A stretch of DNA of 64,000 bases, from assembly GCA_965204745.1 (NCBI GenBank), contig OZ242010.1:2432001-2496000 (forward strand), given 5' to 3'. Positions within the stretch are counted from its first letter, which is position 1. The number at the start of each line of letters is the position of its first letter. This DNA comes from Candidatus Latescibacterota bacterium (GTDB taxonomy: Bacteria; Latescibacterota; UBA2968). The position numbers and the translations under genes are program-made. The notes under the pieces are model-generated. The model saw only the letters and a list, made by a program, of their open reading frames with translations. It was not told the origin of the DNA and searched no databases. Positions 44,726-54,815 of this stretch are shown one piece after another.

Positions 44726-46462
44726 ATGAGCATTATTTTGGGAATCAACGCATTCCACGCGGGCGCGGCTACCGCCTTGGTCATCAACGGCGAACCCGTA
44801 GTCGCCATTGCGGAAGAGCGGCTCAACAGGGTAAAGTACTATGCTGGCTTTCCCGCACTTTCCATTCAACGCTGTCTCGAGTACGCGGGCTTGACCTTTT
44901 CGGATATCGACGCGGTGGCTATAGGCCGCGACAAATCAGCCAATCGCGTTCAGAAATTGACCTATGTTGCACAACACCCCAGTAAACTCCTAAATTTCGC
45001 CAAGTTGCGGTCAGCGCGATCAGCACTCGACGACCTCAAGAGTCAGATAGTCGCCCACTGTGGCGCGAATCGGGACCAACTCCGCTTTGAACAGTACAAT
45101 GTCGAACATCACATAGCCCACGCGGCAAGTGCCTATTTCATCTCGCCCTGGGAGCGGGCGACGGGCCTGACAGTAGATGGTTCCGGTGATTTTGTCACTT
45201 GTTTGATGACAGAATGCGTGGGGGCCGAAATCCGAATCGAGCACCGCATCTACGTGCCCCAGTCACTCGGTTCTCTGTACACGATGGTATGCGAATTTAT
45301 TGGTTATGATCGCTACGGCGACGAGGGCAAGGTGATGGGCTTGGCCCCCTTGGGGGAGGACGCATATCGGGATGCGTTCGCGGATATGATCGAAACGACC
45401 TCCGTTGGCATGCGTTTGAACCTGAAATACTTCCTGCCATTCGGTTCCAATCAGGGCATCTCTATCGCCGACGATGGCACGATGAAACTGGATCGGCACT
45501 ATTCGGACGAGATGGTGAAGCGATTTGGCACGCCCCGGCAACGCGGTGCGGCAATCACGCAACGCGATCAGAATCTCGCCTGTGGCCTCCAAGCGCGTTT
45601 CGAGGAGGTCTATGTGCATCTGCTTCGCTTGGCCCATCAGAACGCGCCGAATGATCGCGTTTGCCTCGCGGGTGGTTGCACGCTTAACAGCGTGGCAAAT
45701 GGCAAGTTGTTTGACGAGACCCCATTTAGGGAGACGGTGATTCAGCCGGCCGCAGGCGACGATGGCCTCGCCCTTGGGGCAGCCCTCTACGTGAGCAATT
45801 CCTTAAAAAAAGAGGACAGGCGGTGGGTGATGTCCAACGCATTTCTGGGACCCGAGTATTCACACGAGACGATGAAGCGCGTATTGGAGAACAAAGGAAT
45901 AACCTATCGCAAGCTAAACCGCGATGAACTTCTCAACGAGACAGCCGAGGAGATCGAGCGCGGGTGTGTCGTGGGGTGGTTTCAGGGCCGTAGCGAATGG
46001 GGGCCGCGGGCATTGGGGAACCGTTCTATCCTCGCACATCCTGGCCTGCCCGATATGAAGGATGTCCTCAATGCGCGGATCAAGCATCGCGAGGCGTTCA
46101 GGCCGTTCGCGCCTTCGGTCCTCGCGGAAAGGCAATCCGAAATATTTGAACGGGATCACCCATCCCCATTCATGTTGCACGTCTATAAAATTCGCTCTCC
46201 GTGGCGGGAACGCCTGTGCGCGGTCAATCACGTAGATGACACGGGACGTCTCCAAAGCGTGTCACGCGAAGACAATCCTCTCTATTACGATCTCATTCGG
46301 ACATTTGAAGCGCGAACCGATATCCCTGTCATTCTCAACACGAGTTTCAACGAGAATGAGCCAATCGTCGAGCACCCGGCCGAGGCAGTTGATTGCTTCA
46401 TCCGCACGAAGATGGATGTGCTGGTGCTCGGCCCCTACTTCTGTCGCAAGGACGATTCATGA
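44726..46462 (+). CDS. Carbamoyltransferase (NodU/CmcH family)
   Basis: EERLNRVK, HHIAHAASAY, EGKVMGLA, GPRALGNRSIL, LNTSFN. Confidence 0.92.
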   Translation: MSIILGINAFHAGAATALVINGEPVVAIAEERLNRVKYYAGFPALSIQRCLEYAGLTFSDIDAVAIGRDKSANRVQKLTYVAQHPSKLLNFAKLRSARSALDDLKSQIVAHCGANRDQLRFEQYNVEHHIAHAASAYFISPWERATGLTVDGSGDFVTCLMTECVGAEIRIEHRIYVPQSLGSLYTMVCEFIGYDRYGDEGKVMGLAPLGEDAYRDAFADMIETTSVGMRLNLKYFLPFGSNQGISIADDGTMKLDRHYSDEMVKRFGTPRQRGAAITQRDQNLACGLQARFEEVYVHLLRLAHQNAPNDRVCLAGGCTLNSVANGKLFDETPFRETVIQPAAGDDGLALGAALYVSNSLKKEDRRWVMSNAFLGPEYSHETMKRVLENKGITYRKLNRDELLNETAEEIERGCVVGWFQGRSEWGPRALGNRSILAHPGLPDMKDVLNARIKHREAFRPFAPSVLAERQSEIFERDHPSPFMLHVYKIRSPWRERLCAVNHVDDTGRLQSVSREDNPLYYDLIRTFEARTDIPVILNTSFNENEPIVEHPAEAVDCFIRTKMDVLVLGPYFCRKDDS

Positions 46463-47526
46463 GTGGTGGGATCGAGTCGAATTTGTCATCTCTGTACCGC
46501 GTGCGGGAGGTGTCGTCTTTGCGCGGCTTTGCAATCGAATGGCTATCGCCCGAGCGCGTCCTGTTTTCAAAGCGAAATATCTTGTACGAGTCCGACGGGG
46601 TAGGTCACAGTTCGATGCGCCGCGTTGGCGCGATCTCTCAACCATTGTGGCGGGTGCTCGCTATTCGTTGGCGTCTGGTACAAAGGGCGTTGCGGCAGAT
46701 GTTCTACAATGTGTTGCCCTTGGCTGACGGTTCGATTTTTGTCACCTACGCCAAGGAAGTTGGGGTGTTTCGAGATGGCGCCTATCACCGGCTAAAGGGA
46801 CTCGTCCGACCTTGCCGGGTATTGCGCGGAGCAACCGCAGTCGCCGAAGACGGGCGGGTTTTCTTTGGAGAATATCTGGACAACGCCGAACGCGGGCCAG
46901 TGCGGATCTATCGGTACCTTCCGGGCGATGAAGACGTCAGCGTGGTGTACACCTTTCCGGCAGGGGCCATCCGCCATGTTCATGGGATCTATCGCGATCC
47001 GGTTGACCGTTGCCTGTGGTGTCTCACTGGTGATATGGGTCACGAGGCACGCATTCTGATTACGGATGATGGCTTTGAGACGCTGACGACAATCGGTTCG
47101 GGAGATGAAAGCTGGCGTGCGGTGAGCGTCCTGTTCACCCGCGATGCAATCTGGTACGCGATGGATGCGGAATTTACCTATAATAAGGTATTCCGCATCG
47201 ACCGGGCGACGCGACAGCGTTCGAACAAAGGTGCGATTGACGGCCCCGTCTATTATTCGGTCAAGTGGCGCGAAAACTTGTTCTTCGCCGTAACGGCGGA
47301 ACTTTGTCCGAGTCAGGACGGAAAATCGGCTACTCTCTGGACGGTCATGGATGATGCCTTAGAGCGGGTGGTGAGTTTTGACAAGGACCGATGGCCGGTG
47401 AAGTTGCTACCGGGTACACTACACTTCCCACTCGGGCCCGGCGTAGAGGACGGCCTTTACTTCCAAGGTGTGGCCCTCGAGAATGCCGATGCTCGATGCT
47501 TTTGCGTAGAACTTGTCACGGGATAA
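46459..47526 (+). CDS. Hypothetical beta-propeller-like protein
   Basis: FFGEY, IRHVHGI..DP, LTGD motifs; overlaps the upstream stop (ATGA). Confidence 0.65.
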   Translation: MSGGIESNLSSLYRVREVSSLRGFAIEWLSPERVLFSKRNILYESDGVGHSSMRRVGAISQPLWRVLAIRWRLVQRALRQMFYNVLPLADGSIFVTYAKEVGVFRDGAYHRLKGLVRPCRVLRGATAVAEDGRVFFGEYLDNAERGPVRIYRYLPGDEDVSVVYTFPAGAIRHVHGIYRDPVDRCLWCLTGDMGHEARILITDDGFETLTTIGSGDESWRAVSVLFTRDAIWYAMDAEFTYNKVFRIDRATRQRSNKGAIDGPVYYSVKWRENLFFAVTAELCPSQDGKSATLWTVMDDALERVVSFDKDRWPVKLLPGTLHFPLGPGVEDGLYFQGVALENADARCFCVELVTG

Positions 47527-47724
47527 TATATACTGTTGCGATACCTCCGACGGGAGGGAACGGTGACGACAACCACCGGCCTAAACTTGGAGACTACATG
47601 GCACTCATATCCTGGCAGAGTCTGGCGGCACGCGTCGCGTATGTTTTGGGGCCATGCGTCGTCTCCTAGACCGGCGAGAGGGTCAACGTTTCGTTCCGCG
47701 TTCGCAAACGTGATGGGAATTGAA

Positions 47725-48462
47725 ATGTTCAGAATGAGCGAGGCTATAAATTGGCTGGACCAATGCCTCTACCCTGCATTTTCCGACCAGTGGGATAATA
47801 CGCTATTTCGACATGAGATACGCAAGTATCTCAATTCGTCGACAGTTTTGTTGGATCTGGGAGCCGGTGCTGGCATTCTCCCTCAAATGGATTTCAGGGA
47901 TCACTGCGGTTTGGCCTGCGGCGTGGATATCGAGCCATCAGTCCTCGACAACCCATTTCTTCATGAAGCCCGCGTCGGCAACATCGAGCAACTTCCTTGG
48001 GCGAAAAATACCTTCGACGTCGTCATCTCGAACAATGTCTTGGAGCACTTGTCGCAACCTGCAACGGCGTTCTCGGAAGTGTATAGGGTTCTGAAACCGG
48101 GGGGTATATTTTTCATCAAGACCCCAAATTGCCTGCACTATGTGGCATTGCTGGCGCGTTGCACCCCGCATCGTTTTCACGAATGGTTCAACCAAAAGCG
48201 AGGACGGGCGTCAAAAGACACTTTCCCTACATTTTACAAGGTTAATCGTTCTGGGCGTATCCGTCAATGCTGTCTCTCCGCCGGTCTTCTCGTGGAAGAC
48301 ATCCGCCATATAGAGGGGCGGCCCGAATATCTCCGCTTTTCAGTTCCAAGCTACTTGCTTGGAACTTGCTATGAGCGTTTGGTGAACAGCACGCGACTCC
48401 TGTCCTCTTTCCGTGCGGTTCTCATCGCGGTGATGCGAAAACCCATGCCCCCTAGAGAGTAG
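47725..48462 (+). CDS. Class I SAM-dependent methyltransferase
   Basis: LLDLGAGAG, FDVVISNNVLEHL, RVLKPGG; start uncertain. Confidence 0.85.
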   Translation: MFRMSEAINWLDQCLYPAFSDQWDNTLFRHEIRKYLNSSTVLLDLGAGAGILPQMDFRDHCGLACGVDIEPSVLDNPFLHEARVGNIEQLPWAKNTFDVVISNNVLEHLSQPATAFSEVYRVLKPGGIFFIKTPNCLHYVALLARCTPHRFHEWFNQKRGRASKDTFPTFYKVNRSGRIRQCCLSAGLLVEDIRHIEGRPEYLRFSVPSYLLGTCYERLVNSTRLLSSFRAVLIAVMRKPMPPRE

Positions 48463-48504
48463 GGTCTGGCGGCTTTGCCATCTGTCTAAGGAGAGTATCA
48501 TTTC

Positions 48505-50151
48505 TTGTCCTTCACGCGCTTCCTGAGAACGATTCGGCATCTGCAAACTCGCCAACTTGCATATCAGATCTTCTATCGGCTTCCGAGGAAACATCGCAGA
48601 TGTCCTGTCGGAGCAGAGCCGATGCCGAGACTGCGCTGGTCTCGAGAGGTGGACTTTCCCGTGCAAATGGGCGTCACCGCCAATGATCGGCAATCTATCC
48701 TGTCGGGTTCTCTTTCCTTCCTCAACCGGCGCGAGATGGTCGGTTTTCCCCCAGACTGGAAGCGTGCAGATTTGCCGCTGTTGTGGCTCTACAATCTGCA
48801 CTACCACGAGTTTTTGTGGCAATTGGATTTTGAGCAGGCGCGAGAGGTCGTTCAGGATTGGGTCGCAAACCACGGGCCAGGGACAGTGCAAATGGGTTGG
48901 GAAGCCTATCCGACCTCGCTACGGATCGCCAACTGGTGCATGGTCTTCTTTGGTCGCTACCGCGCACAGACGCTGAGGGATGAACAGTTTTGCGCTGTGC
49001 TGTGGGCGAGTATCTGCGATCAAGCGGAGCACTTGCGGCGAAACTTGGAGTGGCATTTATTGGGCAACCACTTGTTGGAGAACGCGGTGGCCCTCGCACT
49101 GGTGGGGAGTTGCTTCGCGCATCCGGTTGCCGAGGCGTGGTTCGAGAAAGGTTGCGCGATTCTGGATCGGGAATTGCCCGAGCAGATCCTCTCGGATGGC
49201 GGGCACATCGAACGCTCGCCGATGTACCAATGTCGGGTGCTCTACGCGCTTTTGCTTTTGAGCGCGACTGGAGATGGTATATTGAAAGAACGGGTGAGAC
49301 CGTATCTCAAGCCTCTGGCGAGGTCGCTCGCCGCCCTGACCCATCCCGATGGCGGCATCGCACTGCTCAACGACAGTGCGATTGGCATTTACCCGGCGCC
49401 GCGAGCATTGATGAAAAGAGCCGGCGTAAAATCGCCGCAACCCAGGTCCTTCGCGCTTGCCGAAAGCGGCTACTACGGTGCCCGGACCAGCGATGGGAAC
49501 TATATCATCTGCGACTCAGGGGCCATTGGCCCGGATTACCAGCCCGGGCATGGGCATGCCGATTTGTTCTCATTCGAGCTTTCGTTGCAAGGTGCGCGGG
49601 TGGTGGTCGATAGCGGCGTCTCCACATACCAGGCCGGCCCAATGCGCGACTACTGCCGCTCGACACGCGCCCACAACACAGTGGAGATAGAAGGGCGAGA
49701 TCAAGTGGAGTTATGGGTTGCATTTCGGGTGGGGCGGCGATGTTGCCCCCGCGATGTCAAGTGGAAGGATTTGGGAGATGGCTTTGCGTTGTCAGGACAA
49801 CACGACGGGTATCGGCATCGGCCGGGGCGCCCAATCCATGCACGCACCTTTCGCTGGCACCACCAAGGCCGGCTCGAGATCCGCGACCGAGTAGAATCAA
49901 AGCGTCCCCTGCGATCTGTTGCCAGACTCCATTTTCACCCGGATTGTCGCATCCACGCCCTCGACAGTGCGACTTGCACATTGTACTTTCCCGGTGGACG
50001 AGCGCGAATCGCGTGGTCGGGGTGGGAAAACGTTGCGGAGGCTGAATCTTTCTACTGCCCGGAGTTCGGCATCGAACTTTCCAACCCATGTCTGGCGTTC
50101 TCGAGTTTTGTTGCAAGCCTTGATGGGACGATTCAAATGGAGCTATTGTAG
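48505..50151 (+). CDS. Heparinase II/III family protein
   Basis: WLYNLHY, GNHLLENA, DGGHIERSPMY, GHGHAD, RSTRAHNTV. Confidence 0.88.
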   Translation: MSFTRFLRTIRHLQTRQLAYQIFYRLPRKHRRCPVGAEPMPRLRWSREVDFPVQMGVTANDRQSILSGSLSFLNRREMVGFPPDWKRADLPLLWLYNLHYHEFLWQLDFEQAREVVQDWVANHGPGTVQMGWEAYPTSLRIANWCMVFFGRYRAQTLRDEQFCAVLWASICDQAEHLRRNLEWHLLGNHLLENAVALALVGSCFAHPVAEAWFEKGCAILDRELPEQILSDGGHIERSPMYQCRVLYALLLLSATGDGILKERVRPYLKPLARSLAALTHPDGGIALLNDSAIGIYPAPRALMKRAGVKSPQPRSFALAESGYYGARTSDGNYIICDSGAIGPDYQPGHGHADLFSFELSLQGARVVVDSGVSTYQAGPMRDYCRSTRAHNTVEIEGRDQVELWVAFRVGRRCCPRDVKWKDLGDGFALSGQHDGYRHRPGRPIHARTFRWHHQGRLEIRDRVESKRPLRSVARLHFHPDCRIHALDSATCTLYFPGGRARIAWSGWENVAEAESFYCPEFGIELSNPCLAFSSFVASLDGTIQMELL

Positions 50152-50154
50152 CGC

Positions 50155-51432
50155 ATGCGTATCCTCTTTATCTCGCAGTATTTCCCCCCGGAAATGGGCG
50201 CGCCTGCCACGCGTACGTATGAATTGTGCAAAGCGTGGGTGCAAAGCGGGCACGATGTTACGGTTTTAACCGCATTCCCGCATCATCCCACGGGCATTGT
50301 GCCCCCGTATTATCGCCGAAAAATTTTTTTGCGCGAAAAGGTCAAAGGGATTAACTTAGTGAGAACTTATGTTTATGCGACTGCCAACAAAGGCTTTCTC
50401 AAAAGAACGCTGAGTTACATTTCCTTTATGCTATCCGCTGTATTTTTTTCCTCTTTTATCAAGTGCAATCCGCAAGTCGTCATCGCGACTTCGCCCCAAT
50501 TTTTTGTTGCCATAGCGGGCTATCTCCTCAGCAGGCTCAAACGGCGGCCCTTTGTCTTTGAAGTGCGCGATTTATGGCCCGAATCCATTGTGGCGGTTGG
50601 CGCGCTCAAAAACCCTTGGCTCATTGGGGTGTTGAACAAAATCAGCTATTTTCTTTACAAAAAAGCTTCTCTGATTGTTGCAGTGGCCGAGTCAACGCGG
50701 GAAATTTTGGCGGGACGAGGGATTCCACGCGATAAAATTGAGGTCGTCCCCAATGGCATTGATACGGATTTATTTGCGAGGCAACGCGATTCGGAATCCG
50801 TGCGGCGGCAATATGGATTGGACAAAAAATTCATTATTTCCTATATTGGCACGCACGGGATGGCCCATGCCCTACAAAGCGTCTTGACGGTCGCCGTGCT
50901 TTTAAGAAAGCGAGAGGATATACATTTTCTTTTTGTTGGCGAAGGCGCGGAAAAGGACAACCTATTGCGCCGCAGGGATGTGGAACGCTTGGAAAATGTG
51001 ACTTTCTCAGGACAACAGGATCACGAGATGGTGCCGCTATTTCTCAAGGCTTCGGATGTTTCGCTCGTCCCACTTCGGGACACGGCTCTGTTTTCCGCTG
51101 TTCTGCCATCAAAGATATTCGAAATTATGGCGGCATCCCGACCGATTATCCTCAGTGTGAGAGGCGAAGCAAAGGCTTTGGTTGAAAGGGCGCGAGCCGG
51201 TTTGTGCGTAGAACCGGAAAACCCCGAAATGATGAAAGATGCAATCCTAAAATTGTACGAAAATCGCCAACTGGGGAAAACACTGGGAAGCAATGGCAAG
51301 CGTTTTGTCGAAGCGCGTTATGATCGCACGGAACTGGCCGCTCGGTACGCGCAGATCTTATGTGGGGTCTTGAAAACCGCATCTCAGTCGTTGAAAAACG
51401 GGCATCACATTTCTGGAAGGGAAAAAGCATGA
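50155..51432 (+). CDS. Glycosyltransferase family 4 (WbuB-like)
   Basis: SQYFPPEMGA, EVRDLWPES, PSKIFEIMA. Confidence 0.9.
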   Translation: MRILFISQYFPPEMGAPATRTYELCKAWVQSGHDVTVLTAFPHHPTGIVPPYYRRKIFLREKVKGINLVRTYVYATANKGFLKRTLSYISFMLSAVFFSSFIKCNPQVVIATSPQFFVAIAGYLLSRLKRRPFVFEVRDLWPESIVAVGALKNPWLIGVLNKISYFLYKKASLIVAVAESTREILAGRGIPRDKIEVVPNGIDTDLFARQRDSESVRRQYGLDKKFIISYIGTHGMAHALQSVLTVAVLLRKREDIHFLFVGEGAEKDNLLRRRDVERLENVTFSGQQDHEMVPLFLKASDVSLVPLRDTALFSAVLPSKIFEIMAASRPIILSVRGEAKALVERARAGLCVEPENPEMMKDAILKLYENRQLGKTLGSNGKRFVEARYDRTELAARYAQILCGVLKTASQSLKNGHHISGREKA

Positions 51433-52970
51433 ATCAAGTGGATCAATCAGAGCGTCCTGAACGAGATGAAGTTTATCTGCGTAAGTTTTTAAGCGATGTG
51501 TGGGCGGCGCGAAAGGCGGCACTCTGTGCGGTGATCACCGTCACGGTAGTTTATCTGGGCTTTTTTGCCTTCAAGTTATTTTCTAATCCACCCATCTTTA
51601 CGTATAGCTTGGTTATTGACTTTGTCTTTGAAGAAGCGAAGAAGGACCAGTATCCCAATAAGTCGCCGTTCTCTATCTCTGACCTCATTGCCCCCAACTT
51701 TCTAGCGGAGATATATACACTCAACGGACTATCCAGACGAGAAATGCCCAGGCGAAAATTTATGCACAATTTTAGGATTGTGCCCTATACACCAGCTTAC
51801 AAATTGGTCGCCAAAAAGTATGATGAGCTTTTGTCAACGAGAAATCTCCGTATATTGGAGTTTGAAGAACTACTAATGCTAGAAGATGATATGAAAAAGG
51901 AAATTAACCGATTACAAACCCGAGCGGCATTACTGTCCTTTCGAGCAGAATGGGGGGCCATAAGCCAAGACGCCGCAAAAAATATTCTGCTGAGTGTGCC
52001 GCAATACTGGGCAAATAAGATGGTCAACGAGTATGGTGTTTTGGAACTCGATGTTCAAATGTACTCCCCAGTGCTGTTTGATACACACCAATACGAAGAT
52101 TTTGATTACTTGGTCGCCTTAGATAAGATACAGACAAATATCATGCTCGTTTCCTACAGCATCGCAGAGTTGCTGACATTTCCCAACAGCCAGCGCGTGA
52201 CAGACGAAAAAACCGGTTACACTCTGCTCGATCTCCAAAAATTGGTCCAAGATATTGTCACCTATGATCTCAACCGACTATCGAGTTTTATTCAAGAACT
52301 GGGCATATCTTCCCACAAAGAGGCTGTAATACTCTATTACGAACATCAAATCAATAAACTCGACCGCGACAAGGAGTACCAAATTGAGCAAGCCGACTTG
52401 ATCAACCAAGCCCTAAGAGACTATAGCCTGCAACTAGGCAACGCGGACGAAACGCGCGTCGTCCGTGAAAACACCGTTGACATGGTTCAAGCAAGTGGGG
52501 ATTTTTTAGATCGGATCACGGAACTCGTCAAACAAAGCGAAGACCTGGAGTACAGGCAAAACTTGTACAACCGGTACATTCAGTACAAACAGGAATCGGC
52601 GAGAATAGATTATGAGATCGCCCAAAAGCAGGCACTCCTCAAGGCTTTGGGCGACGAACAAACAAAGCGTAATACACTCTTCGGGCACAGATACGAAGAA
52701 TCACTGATGCAAGAGCGTTTTCCAGTCATCCTGTCCAAGATGAGCGAATACATGGATATACTCAATCGCCTCCACAGCAAACTTAGCAAGGAAAATTTTG
52801 GGCACGACACAAAACTCTACCGAGTCGCAAATGTGGATGCAGTGAAAACCACAGGGATCATAATAAGCTCTATGGACAAGATCATTTTCGGCTTCTTGAT
52901 CTTTGGGGTCGCGTTTGTCACCGTCGTTGTCAAGCTGCTGATGACCCGGTCAAAAGAAAAATCAGACTGA
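51429..52970 (+). CDS. Wzz-like polysaccharide co-polymerase
   Basis: N- and C-terminal TM helices flank a long helical/coiled-coil periplasmic region; cluster context. Confidence 0.55.
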   Translation: MNQVDQSERPERDEVYLRKFLSDVWAARKAALCAVITVTVVYLGFFAFKLFSNPPIFTYSLVIDFVFEEAKKDQYPNKSPFSISDLIAPNFLAEIYTLNGLSRREMPRRKFMHNFRIVPYTPAYKLVAKKYDELLSTRNLRILEFEELLMLEDDMKKEINRLQTRAALLSFRAEWGAISQDAAKNILLSVPQYWANKMVNEYGVLELDVQMYSPVLFDTHQYEDFDYLVALDKIQTNIMLVSYSIAELLTFPNSQRVTDEKTGYTLLDLQKLVQDIVTYDLNRLSSFIQELGISSHKEAVILYYEHQINKLDRDKEYQIEQADLINQALRDYSLQLGNADETRVVRENTVDMVQASGDFLDRITELVKQSEDLEYRQNLYNRYIQYKQESARIDYEIAQKQALLKALGDEQTKRNTLFGHRYEESLMQERFPVILSKMSEYMDILNRLHSKLSKENFGHDTKLYRVANVDAVKTTGIIISSMDKIIFGFLIFGVAFVTVVVKLLMTRSKEKSD

Positions 52971-52977
52971 ATCGGCG

Positions 52978-53231
52978 TTTGGATCTAAACTCATTTTGGA
53001 TCTAAACTCATTTTGGATCTAAACTCATTTTGGATCTAAACTCATTTTGGATCTAAACTCATTTTGGATCTAAACTCATTTTGGATCTAAACTCATTTTG
53101 GATCTAAACTCATTTTGGATCTAAACTCATTTTGGATCTAAACTCATTTTGGATCTAAACTCATTTTGGATCTAAACTCATTTTGGATCTAAACTCATTT
53201 TGGATCTAAACTCATTTTGGATCTAAACTCA
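52978..53231. repeat. 17-bp perfect tandem repeat x15 (TTTTGGATCTAAACTCA)
   Basis: Fills the intergenic region and abuts the ATG at 53232. Confidence 0.97.
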
Positions 53232-54683
53232 ATGAAAAATCACTTACTCTCCAAAGCTATTTTGGCAATGGGCGATATATTGATTTTGTTCGGGGGGTTC
53301 TTGCTCGCGTATTACTTGCGCTTCTCCCTGCCCATCTTTCCCCCGCGCCCGATCCCGCCTTTTGACCTCTATTTCAACTTCGCGTTCTTGGTCGCGCTCA
53401 TCGGTTTTTCCATGGTCTATCTTTCCGGCCTGTATCGCATCAAGCATCCCGTATTCAAAATGGAGGATTTTTTTCTTCTCTTGCGCGCTGTCTCCTTGAC
53501 CCTCTTAATCGTAATGGCGATGAGTTTTGCCTTGCGGGGTTACACCACGCGATACGACATCGAGATGTATTCCCGACTGATTATCGTCCTCGCTTGGGGA
53601 GTGGATTTGATCGTCTTGACCCTGTGGCGTTGGGGATTTTTGGCTTTTCAAAGGTATCGTTTGAGATGCGGGAAGGGGATGAAACGGATCGTTATCGTGG
53701 GTGTTGATGAGACCGCACGTAACTTTCATCGCGCTACAAAAAAGATGGATATGTTGGGGTACCAACCCCTTGGGTTTTTAGCCAATGGCGAGTCCAAGGC
53801 CGAACTCGATCACATCTGCAACACCTACCAAGATATTCAGATTTTAGGCAATACTGACGACCTGCCCTCTGTCTTAAAGACCGAGCACATAGATGAGGTC
53901 GTGCTGGCGAGCAAGCAGTTGGACAGCGAGACGATAATATCGACGATTCAGACATGTAAACGCGCAGACATTCAATTCAGCATCATCCCCAATTTTTTTG
54001 AAATTTTAATGCACCAAATGCGCGTTGAGGAAGTCGCTGATATTCCCATCTTTCAACTTGACGAAGGGATATTCCACCGTTCGGGGCGTTTTTTGAAGCG
54101 GGGGCTGGATATCGTCTGCTCCCTACTCGTTCTCACTCTTCTGGCACCGGTTTATCTCATACTCGGCATTTGTATTCGCTTGGATTCCAAGGGGCCCGTG
54201 CTATTTCGCCAGGCACGTATTGGCAAGGGCGAGCGGATATTCCACACGTACAAGTTCAGGTCGATGTGCGTGGATGCCGAGGAGAGACTCCCCCACATTC
54301 TCAAAAAACACGATGTTTCGAATGATGGGTTGTTGAGAATCGCCGATGACCCGCGCGTGACGCGCCTAGGCCGCTTTATGAGACGCTTCAGTCTAGATGA
54401 GTTGCCGCAACTGATCAATGTCTTAAAAGGGGAAATGAGTTGGATCGGGCCACGTCCGCATACGGTAGATGAAGTAAATGGATACGCGGACTGGCATTTT
54501 CGGAGATACGATGTTCTGCCCGGCATCACCGGCTTGACGCAAGTCAGCGGGCGAAAAGACCTATCACTGGACGAAATGGCCCGTCTGGATATTTACTACA
54601 TCGAAAATTGGTCCCCAGTACTGGACTTACAAATTTTGCTCCGAACAATCCCCACAGTGCTCAACGGCCGAGGAGCGTATTGA
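53232..54683 (+). CDS. Undecaprenyl-phosphate glycosyl-1-phosphate transferase (WcaJ/WbaP family priming transferase)
   Basis: KRGLDI, KFRSM, DPRVTRLG, LDELPQLINVLKGEMS.IGPRP, PGITGLTQV. Confidence 0.93.
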   Translation: MKNHLLSKAILAMGDILILFGGFLLAYYLRFSLPIFPPRPIPPFDLYFNFAFLVALIGFSMVYLSGLYRIKHPVFKMEDFFLLLRAVSLTLLIVMAMSFALRGYTTRYDIEMYSRLIIVLAWGVDLIVLTLWRWGFLAFQRYRLRCGKGMKRIVIVGVDETARNFHRATKKMDMLGYQPLGFLANGESKAELDHICNTYQDIQILGNTDDLPSVLKTEHIDEVVLASKQLDSETIISTIQTCKRADIQFSIIPNFFEILMHQMRVEEVADIPIFQLDEGIFHRSGRFLKRGLDIVCSLLVLTLLAPVYLILGICIRLDSKGPVLFRQARIGKGERIFHTYKFRSMCVDAEERLPHILKKHDVSNDGLLRIADDPRVTRLGRFMRRFSLDELPQLINVLKGEMSWIGPRPHTVDEVNGYADWHFRRYDVLPGITGLTQVSGRKDLSLDEMARLDIYYIENWSPVLDLQILLRTIPTVLNGRGAY

Positions 54684-54815
54684 AAGTGAAGAGGTCAGAG
54701 TGCAGGGGATACGTAGAGGCGATGCGGAGGCGAGGAGGGGAACTGGAGGCGGGGAGCTAATCGCTGAAAATTGATAGCTGAAGATGCAAGGGCGTTATGT
54801 CATAACGCTCTTTTT

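Noticed and set aside
52978-53231. CRISPR array
   Set aside because: Contiguous 17-bp units with no spacers; this is a tandem repeat.
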